Part shown: positions 1-11,565 of the stretch, one piece after another
Numbering within the stretch: the stretch's first letter is position 1
Layout of the letters: every line of letters starts with the position of its first letter
Source of the DNA: an uncultured Gemmatimonadaceae bacterium
GTDB lineage: Bacteria > Gemmatimonadota > Gemmatimonadetes > Gemmatimonadales > Gemmatimonadaceae
Assembly (NCBI GenBank): GCA_963829055.1
Contig: CAWHHI010000016.1
Span: forward strand, 864,001 to 928,000
Length of the DNA: 64,000 nucleotides
Reading direction: 5' to 3'
Position numbers and translations under genes: made by a program
The notes under the pieces: generated by a model
Seen by the model: only the letters and a program-made list of their open reading frames with translations
The model's database searches: none
Told to the model about the DNA's origin: nothing

Positions 1-820
<820 letters not shown>

Positions 821-841
821 AGGCCTCTGCTCGTCCTACTG

Positions 842-1418
842 CTACTGCAAGCTGGCGATGTACGGCAAATGACGGAAGTTCTCGGCGTGATCGAGTCCGT
901 AGCCAACCAGAAACTCGTTCGGCGCGTCGAAGCCCACGAACTTCGTGGGATAGCGCAAGTACTCGGCAATGTGCTTGTGAAGGAGCGCGCACACCTCGAG
1001 GGAGCGCGGACTACGCTCGGAGAGAAGATCCATCAACCGGCTCAACGTGCGACCGGAGTCGACGATGTCCTCTACGAGGAGAATGTGTTTTCCTTCCAGC
1101 GTGGTCTCGGGATCGTACACCAATCGTACGCTCCCGCTCGATACCATGGCGTCACCGTAACTCGCGGCGACGAGGAAATCTACTTGCAGGGGACGACGAA
1201 TCTCGCGCACGAGATCGCTGAGGAAGATGAAACTGCCCTTCAGCAAACCGAGCACGAGCAGGTCGCCCTCCGGGTATGCGTCTCCAATCTCGCGACCCAG
1301 CTCGACGCACGCGCGCCGCGATCTCGTCGGACCCGAACGCGATCCGCTTGACCGGGCGCCCGTCGAGGCGCGGATCTTCAGTTGCTGGCGTGCCGACTGA
1401 CGAAACGTTCACAGGCAT
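842..1418 (-). CDS. hpt: Hypoxanthine phosphoribosyltransferase (frameshift near 1310; start approximate)
   Basis: LGLLKGSFIFLSDL, LLVEDIVDSGRTL (PRT motif), FLVGYGLDHAENFRHLPYI. Confidence 0.95.
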
Positions 1419-2834
1419 ATCGGACTACCGGTCGGCCGGACCGTTCGGGCGCCGCAGCCCTGCGGCGAACACCAGGAATCCATACGATCTCGTTGTCCGC
1501 GAGGACGACCGGCCAGCCAGCGCGGCTGGGGCCCGGAATGCGCGCGTCACCGAAGAACCGCTTCACACGACGTGCCGACCCATCCTCTCGCCCTCGCATC
1601 CGGTCGGCCGGACGCCATTCGCGAATGGAGAGTCGTCGATCACCGGGCAGATCACACGTCCAAAGATCGTCCCGGTCCAGACCTGACGACTCGTCAGGCA
1701 ATGCGCCCGCCGCCGATTCGCCAACGTCCCGGCTGTTAGACACCGCGACGGGGCGGAAGCGCCACCCGCCAAACTCGACGACGCCAGCAAGCGAGCATTC
1801 AGTCGAAACCGGCGGGGAGCTCGCCGCGCGGCGGATGAGGAAGGCATCGCGATGGCGAACAACCTCGACGCCCCCCGACAGCTGGATGCGAGCTCCGGAC
1901 GCGCCCGAACTGGTAAACTGTGCCAGACGTAGAGTTCCGCGACGATCGAGGGTGACCAGGGCGCGCGCCGCGATCGCCGGCCAGAGCACGCAGAGCGCTG
2001 CTGAATCGTACGTTGCAAGCTCGCCTCTGGCAACGCGAAACGCACCGTCGTCGGCGCGTCCGGCGACGAACCTGGACACGATCTCGTCCACCTCCGCGCG
2101 CCACTCCGCTGCCCGATCGGCGACGCGAGCAGCTCGGCGTCAAACTGAGGACGGAGCTGACGAATCGCGGGCAACAGGTCGTGGCGCATCCGATTGCGGA
2201 GATGCTCGCGCGACTCGTTCGACGGGTCGTCGACGAAGCGGAATCCCACGGTCGTGTGCGTAGCGACGGATCGCGGCCCGCGAGAGCTGGAGGAACGGTC
2301 GCGCGACCCCTGGGGTGTCGGCTGCGAGACCCGCGATCCCCCGGGCGCCGGCGGCGCGCAGCACGCGCATCACGACTGTTTCGATCTGGTCGTCGCGGGT
2401 GTGGGCGGTCGCGACCAGTGAGCCACGTGGGCTCGCCTCGCGGAAGAACTGCCACCGCGCGCGGCGCCACTCCGCTTCAGTCGCACCCGCTAAGCTTCCG
2501 CGACCGATGCGCACGTCGAGTCCGAGTCGCCTGCCCTCATCCGCGACCAGCGTTGCGGCCTGCGGACGCGTGTGCTCCGGTGCCGTGGTCGAGCGTGACG
2601 ACGCGTGCCTGGCCGAGTCGATCAGGGCCACCGGCCCGACCGAGCGCGTGGGCGACGGCATGCATCAGCACCATCGAGTCCGCACCGCCTGAAACGGCCA
2701 GCACGATCGGCACGCCCGCCGAACGGGTCGCGTCGTACGAACGCTCGCGCGGCCTCGTCGATCGGGGTCAGATCGACACGGCTGCCTCGAGCTTGGCGAC
2801 GTACGGCAGGCGAAGGACGCGAGGGAGCGGGCAT
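1378..2834 (-). CDS. tilS: tRNA(Ile)-lysidine synthetase (several frameshifts)
   Basis: AVSGGADSM PP-loop at about 2670-2700, ATAHTRDDQIETV, DDPSN...RNRMRHDLLP, C-terminal WPVVLADNEIVWIPG. Conserved tilS-hpt-ftsH order. Confidence 0.93.
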
Positions 2835-2988
2835 GGAAGAGACGATCGTACGACGCCGCAACGTGATACGACGTGACGCAATGTCACGGAATGTGATCCA
2901 GTGTCTTGAAGCTAACGCGCGACCATGGCACTATTCGCCCGGATCGGCGGACGCCGCCGACTCATTCGACGCTCTCACGAGGCACACC

Positions 2989-3160
2989 TTGGAGACCCAC
3001 GGACCGCTCGGCACCCTGATCGCTGGACTCGGACTCGGCGCGTTCTACGCTGCGCTCACTCTGGGTCAACCTGCTGCTGGGGCACATGCTCACGCCGCTG
3101 TTTCTGATTCCGCTGACGTGGCTTCAGGACATGGTGCTCGGCCGTCGGCGATCGACCTGA
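2989..3160 (+). CDS. Putative small membrane protein upstream of lemA (one frameshift)
   Basis: Stitched reading: (M)ETHGPLGTLIAGLGLGAFYAALTL-WVNLLLGHMLTPLFLIPLTWLQDMVLGRRRST*, hydrophobic. Confidence 0.4.
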
Positions 3161-3181
3161 CCGACCGACCTGAGGAGACCC

Positions 3182-3781
3182 ATGGGCTTCATTGCGCTGC
3201 TCGTCGTTCTCGCACTGCTCGTCTTCTGGCTGATCGGCGCGTACAACAAGCTGATCGGCCTGAAGAACCAGGTCGCGAACGCGTGGAAGCAGATCGACGT
3301 GCAGCTCAAGCGGCGACACGACCTGATTCCGAACCTCGTGAACACCGTGAAGGGCGCGATGCAGTTCGAGCGCGAGACGCTCGAAGCGGTCGTGTCGGCG
3401 CGGAACAAGGCGATCCAGGTTCAGCAGGCTCCGGGCGACATCGGTGGCGCAGACGGCGGCCGCGGAATCGCAGCTGACGGGCGCGTTGAGCCGGCTGCTC
3501 GCGGTCGTCGAGTCCTATCCGGATCTCAAGGCGACCGGCAACGTCGCGCAGCTGCAGGAAGAGCTGACGTCCACCGAGAACAAGATCGCGTTCGCGCGGC
3601 AGCTCTACAACGACACGGCGACGCAGTACAACACGAAGCAGCAGCAGTTCCCGACGAATCTCGTCGCCGGCATGGCGGGCGCGTCGCCGGCGGAGCTCTG
3701 GGAGATCACCGACCAGGCGGAGCGCGCGGTGCCTAACGTCGATCTGTCGTTCGGAACGCCGCCGCGAGGACGGCGACGTAG
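3182..3781 (+). CDS. lemA: LemA family protein (frameshifted)
   Basis: [66 protein letters not shown]. Confidence 0.95.
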
Positions 3782-3884
3782 GGACTGGGGACTGGGGACT
3801 GGGGACTCGGCGGGACAGCGCTCCGCGCATCAGCGTCCGGCTCAGCCGTAGCTCCCAGTCCCCAGTCCCCAGTCCCCAGTCCCC
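3781..3884. repeat. Inverted heptamer arrays, (GGGGACT)x~4 ... (CCCCAGT)x~4
   Basis: Arrays at 3781-3807 and 3854-3884 are reverse complements and lie between lemA and htpX. Confidence 0.9.
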
Positions 3885-4928
3885 ATGTCTGACTTCGAAT
3901 CCACCAATCTCTTCGAGCAGCAGGACGCGAACCGGCGCCGGACGCGCTGGCTCGTCGTCGCGTTCATCGCGTTCTTCGCGCTGGCTCGGGTTCGGCGGCG
4001 ACTGGATTCTCTACGAGCTGACGCGCGGCGCGCCACCTAACGCGTATCGACACGTGTTTCCGTGGTTCGGGCATCGCGCTCACCGCGTTCGCCGGACTGC
4101 TCGCCGCGTACGCCTGGAAGACCGGGCCGAACAAGGTGCTGTGGTCCGCCGGCGCCCGCGAGATCGAGACCGCCGAGCGGCGACATGCCGAGACGCGGCT
4201 CGTGAACGTGGTGGAGGAGATGGCCATCGCGTCTGGCATGCCGCGGCCGCGCATCTGGCTCATCGCCGGACCCCGACCCGAACGCGTTCGCCACGGGACT
4301 CGACGCCGAGCACGCGCACATCGCCGTGACCGATGGGCTGCTGCGCGATGTGTAGCCGCGATGAGCTGCAGGCGGTGATCGCACACGAGATGGGGCACGT
4401 GAAGAATCTCGACGTGCGACTCATGACGTTTCTCGCCGCGCTCGTGGGCGCCGTCGCGCTCATGTCCGACGGCATGGGCCGCATGCTGCGCGGCGGCGCG
4501 CGATTCGGCGCGCTCACGGCGGCGGTCGCTCGCGCGACAAGCGCGACAACCTCGGGCCACTCGTGCTCGTGCTGATCGCGGTGTGGCTGCTCAGCTGGCT
4601 CATCGCGCCGTTCGTGACACGGCTGCTCGCGCTCGGCGTGAGCCGGAAGCGCGAGTTCCTCGCGGACGCGATGAGTGCGCAGTTCACGCGCAACCCGCTC
4701 GCGCTGGCGAGTGCGCTCGAGAAGATCGAGCACGCCGACGCGCCGACGATGTCGATCAAGCGCGGCAGCGCTCACCTGTGCATCGCGGACCCGTTAGGCA
4801 GGAAGGCATCACTCCGCGAAGGCACGCTCGCGGATATCTTCGGCACGCATCCACCCATGGCGATCCGCGTCGCGCGGCTCAAGGCGATGGGCTACCAGGA
4901 GGCCAAAGCCCTTTCGGCGAGCGCCTAG
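3885..4928 (+). CDS. htpX: HtpX-like M48 membrane zinc metalloprotease (frameshifted)
   Basis: NLFEQQDANRRRT, LVNVVEEMAIASGMPRP, PNAFATG, ELQAVIAHEMGHVKNLD, SRKREFLADA, THPPMAIRVARL. Typical lemA-htpX pair. Confidence 0.9.
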
Positions 4929-4974
4929 CTACAGACTGACGCTGGTTGCTGGGTGTGCGGTGCTGGTGGCTCAG

Positions 4975-6083
4975 CTAGGCGTTTGGGACGATGACGGCCT
5001 TGGTCACGTCCCTTCGCTCGACCGCCGCCAGCGCGTCGCCGGCGTGCGCCAGGTCGTAGCGGCCGCCGATCATCTCGCGCCACGGCACCCGGTCGCCGAA
5101 GCGCGCGGCAATCGCCACCGCGCGGTGAAAGTGCGAGTAGTCGCAGCCCCAGCAGCCGCGGATCTCCACGTGCTTGCGGTTCACCTGCCAGTGCGGATGG
5201 ATCTCGACCGGGCCGTTGTCCGTGTAGTGACCACAGATCACGACGCGTCCGCCGTCGCGCACGAGGTCCAGCGCCTGGCTCACGGCCGCCGGGCTTCCCG
5301 ACGCTTCGATCACGACGTCGACGCCGTGACCGCCCGTTAGGCGCCGCACCGCATCCGTCCGCTCGGCGGGTGGGACGTCGAGACCGAGCGTCGACGTCGC
5401 TCCCATGCGCGTCGCGAAGTCCAGGCGACTCGCCGGGATCGCCGACCGCGATGACCTCGCTGGCTCCCGAGAGCGCGGACAGCGCGATCGCCGACTGCCC
5501 CACCGGACCGGCGCCCAGCACGGCGACCGATTGCCCGAGGCGGATGCCCGCGAGGTCCACGGCGTGGAGCGACGTCACGAGGCCGCAGCCGCCGCCGATG
5601 AACGTCTCGGGATCCAACTGCTTCGGGAGATGAATGATCTTCACGCCGGGCCGCACATAGAGCGCCTGCGACCAGCCGCCCAGCAGTCCGTCGCTTCACG
5701 CCGTACGTGATGCCGTAGACCTTACGGTGCGGACAGCGCGTGGTCTGCTTCGTCACGAGGCAGTGGTAGCACGCGCCGCACGTCTCGTGCACGTCGAGAA
5801 ACGTGACGACGTCGCCTTCGTGGAACGCGTTGCCTTCGACGTCAGCGAGCGGGCCGCGAAGCTCCGCGATCGTCCCGACCGACACGTGCCCGGGAATGAG
5901 CGGGTACGGGACGCCCGACAGCTTGCCGTGATGGAGGTGCACGTCGGTCCCGCAGACCTCGGAGAACAGCACGTGGAGCAGCGCGGCGCCGGCATCGAGC
6001 GACGGCCGCGCGAACTCGACGACGCGGACGGGCTCGTTAGGCGCCGGGATTGTGGCGGCGAGAACGGACGACGAAGCGGCCAT
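4975..6083 (-). CDS. Zinc-binding alcohol dehydrogenase (MDR family)
   Basis: EVCGTDVH, IPGHV, CGACYHC...C, GAGPVG, GVDVVIEASG. Confidence 0.9.
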
Positions 6084-6251
6084 GATCTGAGTCGACGGTG
6101 AAAAGGGATGGGCGCCGTAAGGGCCGTAAGGAGGCAGACGACCCGCCGGCCGCAAGGGTGCGCCGGGGACTAGCCGGTCGCCGTGCACCACGCATCTTAG
6201 TCGACGTCAACAGAATACTGGTCCCTACCCTCACTGCCCGAGGTCCCGGAG

Positions 6252-6814
6252 ATGCGCCGCACTTCTCGCGTTCTGCCGTTCACGATGTCGCTCCTGGTGA
6301 TGCCGCTGGTCAGCACACCGCTCTCGACCGCCGCCGCGCAGGCGGGAACACCCACGTCCAATGCTGTCGCGGCCGAATCCCGCCGACGTCGGCTCGCTGG
6401 ACGCGATCATCAAGGCGCTCTACGACGTGATCTCGGGCCCCGCCGGTCAACCACGCAAATGGGATCGCATGCGCTCGCTGTTCATACCCGGCGCGCGACT
6501 CATCCCCGTCCTCGCGGACGCGGCGTCCACGTGTCCTCGACGTCGACGACTACATCGCGCAGGCAGGACCGATGCTCGAGAAGAACGGGTTCTTCGAGCG
6601 CGAGATCAGTAACAAGATCGAGACGTTCGGCACATCACGCACACGTTCAGCACGTACGAATCGCGTCGCACGACGGAGGATGCAAAACCATTCGCGCGGG
6701 GCATCAACAGCATCCAGCTCGTTCAACGATGGCACGCGGTGGTGGGTCGTGACGGTCTTCTGGGACAGCGAGCGACCGAACAACCCGATCCCGGCGAAGT
6801 ACCTGCCGAAGTAG
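6252..6814 (+). CDS. Secreted hypothetical protein, NTF2-like fold (frameshifted)
   Basis: Signal peptide; DVGSLDAIIKALYDVISGPAGQPRKWDRMRSLF; GFFEREI; RGINSIQL; WWVVTVFWDSE. Confidence 0.75.
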
Positions 6815-6818
6815 GGTC

Positions 6819-6976
6819 GTCATTCCGAGCGGGTTGTCATTCCGAGCGGAGCCGCGAAGCTGTGTCATTCCGAGCGAGCGGAGCGAGTCGAGGAATCGCG
6901 ACTATCCGGTAGAGCCCTCTATCGAACAGCATCGCGATTCCTCGACTGCGGCCTGCGGCCTCCGCTCGGAATGACA
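6819..6976. repeat. Palindromic REP/MITE-like element, copy 1 (with two extra truncated left ends)
   Basis: TGTCATTCCGAGCG...GAGGAATCGCG...CGCGATTCCTC...CGCTCGGAATGACA (core 6863-6976); GTCATTCCGAGCG also at 6819 and 6836. Confidence 0.85.
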
Positions 6977-7031
6977 CGGTCCGCCGATTTACCGATTCGC
7001 TCACCCTCGCGGCTGGCGTTAGGGTTCGAGC

Positions 7032-8936
7032 ATGAGTGGTCCTCCTGTGGTAATCGTTCAGTCCGGCGGACGACGCGGACGCGGTGGCGGCGAAGCGCGA
7101 ACGAGAAGCCGTCGTTCCGCGAGCGCATGCGACGCGCTTCGCTACGTCCCGCAGCTTCTCGAGCCTCGTCTGGAATACGCATCGCGGCTTCACCATCGCG
7201 ATGGCGGTGCTCCGTCTCATTCGCGCATTCGTTCCGATCGCCACGTTGTGGATCGGAAAGCTGATCATCGACGGCGTCGTGACGCGCGCAGCGCACCGGC
7301 GGGTCGTGGCGCTCCGTCGGCGTCGCTCGTCGCGATCGAGCTCGGCGATCGTCATCGTCGGCGAGTTGCTCGCGCGCGCGTCGAGCCTCGTCGAGAGTCT
7401 GCTCGGTGATCTCTTCAGCAACCGCATCAGCGTGCGTCTCATGGAGCACGCGGCGACGCTCGACCTCGCGCAGTTCGAGGATCCCGAGTTCTACGATCAC
7501 CTCGAGCGCGCACGGCGCCAGACCGTCGGACGCATTGGGCTGATCGCGCAGCTGCTCGGCCTCGCGCAGGACACGCTCACGCTCGTCACCCTGAGCGCCG
7601 CGCTGCTCGCGTTCAGTCCGTGGCTCATGCTGCTGCTCGTCGTCACGATCCTGCCGAGCTTCCTCGGCGAAACGCGGTTCGCGGCGATGGAGTATTCCCT
7701 GCTCTTCCGCTGGACTCCAGAACGACGGCAGCTCGACTACCTGCGCTACGTCGGCGCGAGCGACGACACCGCGAAGGAGGTCCAGCTGTTCGGACTCGCC
7801 GGCTGGCTCACCGAGCGCTATCGCGTGCTGTCCGAGCGATGGTACGCGGAGAACCGCAAGCTCGCGACGCGAAAGGCGATCGTCAGCTCGCTGCTGTCGT
7901 TCATCGGCACGGCCGGGTACTACGCGGCCTACATCGTCATCATCGCGCGAGCGGTCGCCGGCGCGATCACGCTCGGCTCGCTGACGTTTCTCGCCGCGTC
8001 GTTCGGTCGCGGACGCGATCTCATTCAGCGCCTCCTGCTCGGCGCGAGCTCGATCTACGAGCAGGGGCTCTACCTGCGCGACCTGTTCCTGTTCCTCGAG
8101 ATGAAGCCGACGATCAGCTCGCGACCGGGCGCGCCACCGGTGCCGAGGCCGATTCGAACCGGCTTCGTGTTCGAGGACGTCGGATTCAAGTATCCGGGCA
8201 GCGATCGATGGGCCGTGCGCCACGTGAGCTTCACGCTCAGCGCCCGGCGAGCGCATCGCGCTCGTCGGAGAGAACGGCGCCGGCAAGACGACGCTCACCA
8301 AGCTGCTCGCGCGCCTGTACGACCCGACCGAAGGACGCATCCTGCTCGATGGCATCGATCTCCGGGACTACGACCTCGCGTCGCTGCGTCGCGAGATCGG
8401 CGTGATCTTCCAGGACTTCGTGCGCTACGACATGCGGTTCGATGAGAACGTCGGCGTCGGCGAGATCGAATCCGTGCGCGACTATCTCGACGACGGCGCG
8501 ACGCTCCGACTCCGGCGCCGCTCGTCCACGCGGCCGAGGAATCGCTCGCATCGTCGCTCCTGCCGCGTCTTCCCGGCGGGTTATCGACAGATGCTCGGCC
8601 GCCGCTTCGAGGACGGCGTCGATCTCTCGGGCGGCGAGTGGCAGAAGATCGCGCTCGCGCGCGCCTACATGCGCGACGCGCAGGTGCTGATCCTCGACGA
8701 GCCGACGGCAGCGCTCGACGCGCGCGCGGAGTACGAGGTGTTCGAGCGCTTCTCCGAGCTGATGGCCGGGCGGATGGGCGTCCTCATCTCCCATCGCTTT
8801 TCGACGGTGCGCATGGCAGACCGGATCGTCGTGCTCGAAAGCGGGGAGGTCGAGGAAGAGGGAACGCACGAGGAGCTGGTCGCGCCGGTGGGTTGTACGC
8901 GGAGCTGTTTGGAATGCAGGCGGTGGGATACGGTAG
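7032..8936 (+). CDS. ABC exporter, fused permease/ATP-binding protein (frameshifted)
   Basis: TM domain, then GENGAGKTT Walker A, LSGGEWQKIALARA, ILDEPTAALD, ISHRFSTVRMAD. Confidence 0.93.
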
Positions 8937-8937
8937 C

Positions 8938-9135
8938 TGGGACTGGGGACTGGCGACTGCAGCTGGTGGCTGGGTGCTCGTGCTGGTTGCTGGGTGACGC
9001 TGGGTGCGGCTGCGTGCAGCGAGCAGCGCGTGGGTGACCGGCGGTATCGGCAGCAGCGGGCAGCGTGCGGCCGCAGCATGCAGCCGTCGGCAGACGTTCC
9101 CAGCGTGCAGCCCCGACTTCCCAGTCCCCCGTCCC
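8938..9135. repeat. Composite intergenic repeat: GGGACTG units, ~40-bp GCTGGTGGCTGGGTGCTCGTGCTGG... unit, degenerate CCCAGTC end
   Basis: 8962-9001 closely matches 60393-60433 and the reverse complement of 60458-60498. Confidence 0.75.
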
Positions 9136-9213
9136 CGCTTCCTTCCGCTCACCACCTCCGGCGTTTACCGTTGCCGTCGCTCGTAAACGTCCCTCCGATA
9201 TCGCGATCACGAA

Positions 9214-10321
9214 ATGCAGATTGGCGTTCCAAAGGAGACCGCTCCGCGCGAGCGGCGGGTAGCGCTTGCGCCCGACAGCGTCGCGAGGCTCGTGAAGGCT
9301 GGTGCACAGGTCGTCGTGGAGCACGACGCCGGCGTCGCCGCCTCGTTTCCCGACAGCGCGTACGACAGCCGCTGGCGCCACCCTCGCCGCGATCGGCGGC
9401 CGAGACGCTCGCGGACAGCGACGTCGTGACCAAGGTGCAGCGCCCGTCGGCGGACGAGGCGCGCGCGTTCAAGACCGGCGCTGTGCTCGTCAGTCTGTTT
9501 CAGCCCTCCACCGCCGCAGACGTCCTGCCGGTACTCGCCGAGCGGTCAGTGACGGCGTTCAGCCTCGAGCGCGTGCCGCGCATAACGCGGGCACAGTCGA
9601 TGGACGTGCTCTCGTCGCAGAGCACCGTCGCCGGCTACAAGGCCGTGCTGATCGGCGCGTCGATGATGCCGAAGTTTCTTCCGATGCTCACCACCGCGGC
9701 CGGCAACATCGCGCCGGCAAAGGCGTTCATCCTCGGCGCGGGCGTCGCGGGACTTCAGGCGATCGCGACCGCGCGGCGTCTCGGCGCCATCGTGTCCGCG
9801 TTCGACGTTCGACCCGCCGTGCGCGAGCAGGTACAGAGTCTCGGCGCAACGTTCGTCGCGGCGGAAGCCATCGCGAGCGACGCCGAAGACAAGGGTGGTT
9901 ACGCGCGCGAGCAGTCGGCCGAACAGCAGCAACGGACCGCGGCGTTGCTCCACGATCATCTGAAGCAGATGGATCTCGTCGTCACGACGGCGCAGATCCC
10001 CGGTCGGCCTGCGCCACGGCTGATCACGGAGGCGATGGTCGCGGACATGCGGGCCGGGTCCGTGATCGTCGATCTCGCGGCGGAGAGCGGCGGGAACTGC
10101 GCGCTCACGAAACCGGGCGAGACGTGAACGCGAACGGCGTGCTTGTCTACGGAGCCGTCGACGTGCCGAGCACCGTCCCGACGCACGCGAGTCAGATGTT
10201 CGGCCGCAACGTGCTGACGCTGCTGCAGCACCTGATGAAGGACGGCGCGATCACGATCGACGTGAACGACGAGATCGCCGGACCTATGTGCGTCGTGTAT
10301 CAGGGACAGCCACGAACGTGA
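9214..10321 (+). CDS. pntA: NAD(P) transhydrogenase subunit alpha, soluble domain I (frameshifted)
   Basis: MQIGVPKETAPRERRVALAP; VPRITRAQSMDVLSSQ; GAGVAGLQAIATARRLGA; DLAAESGGNC. Confidence 0.93.
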
Positions 10322-10327
10322 CGCGCG

Positions 10328-11474
10328 CTATGCCGCGTACTGGCGGCCGCGCCACGCGCGCGGCCGCCTAACGGTGGACAGCAACACGCGGAACACGGCA
10401 AGCGGGTCGGCGAATGGCGACAGCCAGAATGCCAGTCCGGGACGCTCGTACGAACCGGCTAGCGCGGCGAGCAACCCGACACGCATCAGCACGAACGCGG
10501 CGTTGATACCGATGAGCATGTCCATCGCGGTAGGCGACCCATGTGATGAGGCCCGCGGCGACTGCTGCCAGGATCGGGATGGGCAGCGCCTGAGCGAACA
10601 CGAGCAGAACAAGGTCGACGGCTTGCCGGACGCGCGACGTGGAATCGCGCAGGTCGATCGAGCGCCCCCACTCGCGCCACATCTGCCCTAACGACTCGTA
10701 CGCGCGGACGACGTACAGACGCGACCCGTCGAGGAAACCCACGCGGGCGCCTGACGCGGCGTAGTGACGAGCCAGCGTCACGTCGTCGCTGAACGAGCGT
10801 CGCGCGGGGGCGTAGCCTCCGCCTTCCGCAAGCAACGACGCGCGCGCGAGGAAGCACTGGCCATTGGCGAGCACGCGATCCGGCCGCGTGCCACGCCCAC
10901 CCGCGGCGCCGGTGCGATAGATGAGCGTCGTCAGCATCGCCGGCTGGACCCACTGCTCGGCGGGTGTCATGCCGGCGAACCGTGGCGCGAACGAGACCAT
11001 GTCGAAGCGGTTCGCGCGCGCGGCCTCGATCACGCCGGCGACGAGCCCCGGCCTCGGCTCCGTATCGGCGTCGATGCCAAGCAGCCACTCTCCGGTCGCG
11101 ACGGCGCGGCCACGCTCCAGCGCCCACACTTTCCCGATCCACCCCTCGGGGAGAGGACGATCGTCAATCAGGCGGAAGCGATCGTCGACCGCGCGCATGG
11201 CTTCGACCTGATCGCGCGTGTCGTCGGTCGACCCGCTGTCGATGACGATGATCTCGGTGAGCGGCGCGCCCTGCTGATGCAATCCCGCGAGGCACGGCCC
11301 GATCCGGCGTCCTTCGTTGAGCGTCGGCACGAGCACGCTGACCGTCGTGTCACTCGGGCCATCACGAATCGGCGAGACAGGGGGCGACCGTTTGCGTCCG
11401 CCCTTCAACCGCGACACCAGGAGCGCCAGGGCGATCGCCTGCAACGCGATGAGGATCGCCAGCGGATTCGTCAC
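10328..11474 (-). CDS. Family 2 glycosyltransferase, CruG-like (possible carotenoid glycosyltransferase)
   Basis: VSVLVPTLNE, IDSGSTDDT, LPEGWIGKVWAL, GIDADTEP, LANGQCF, SFSDDVTLAR, WREWGRSIDLRD. Confidence 0.85.
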
Positions 11475-11565
11475 GCCCTGGTCGACCGCACGGCGCCTGA
11501 TGCCGTACGACGCCGGCCGACACCCATCAGGGATGCCGGCCGGGGCCTAACGACGGAGATCAGCG

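Noticed and set aside
6819..6976. Triple GTCATTCCGAGCG as a mini-CRISPR
   Set aside because: The repeats are only 13 bp, the spacing is too short and irregular, there are no cas genes, and a palindromic element explains it.
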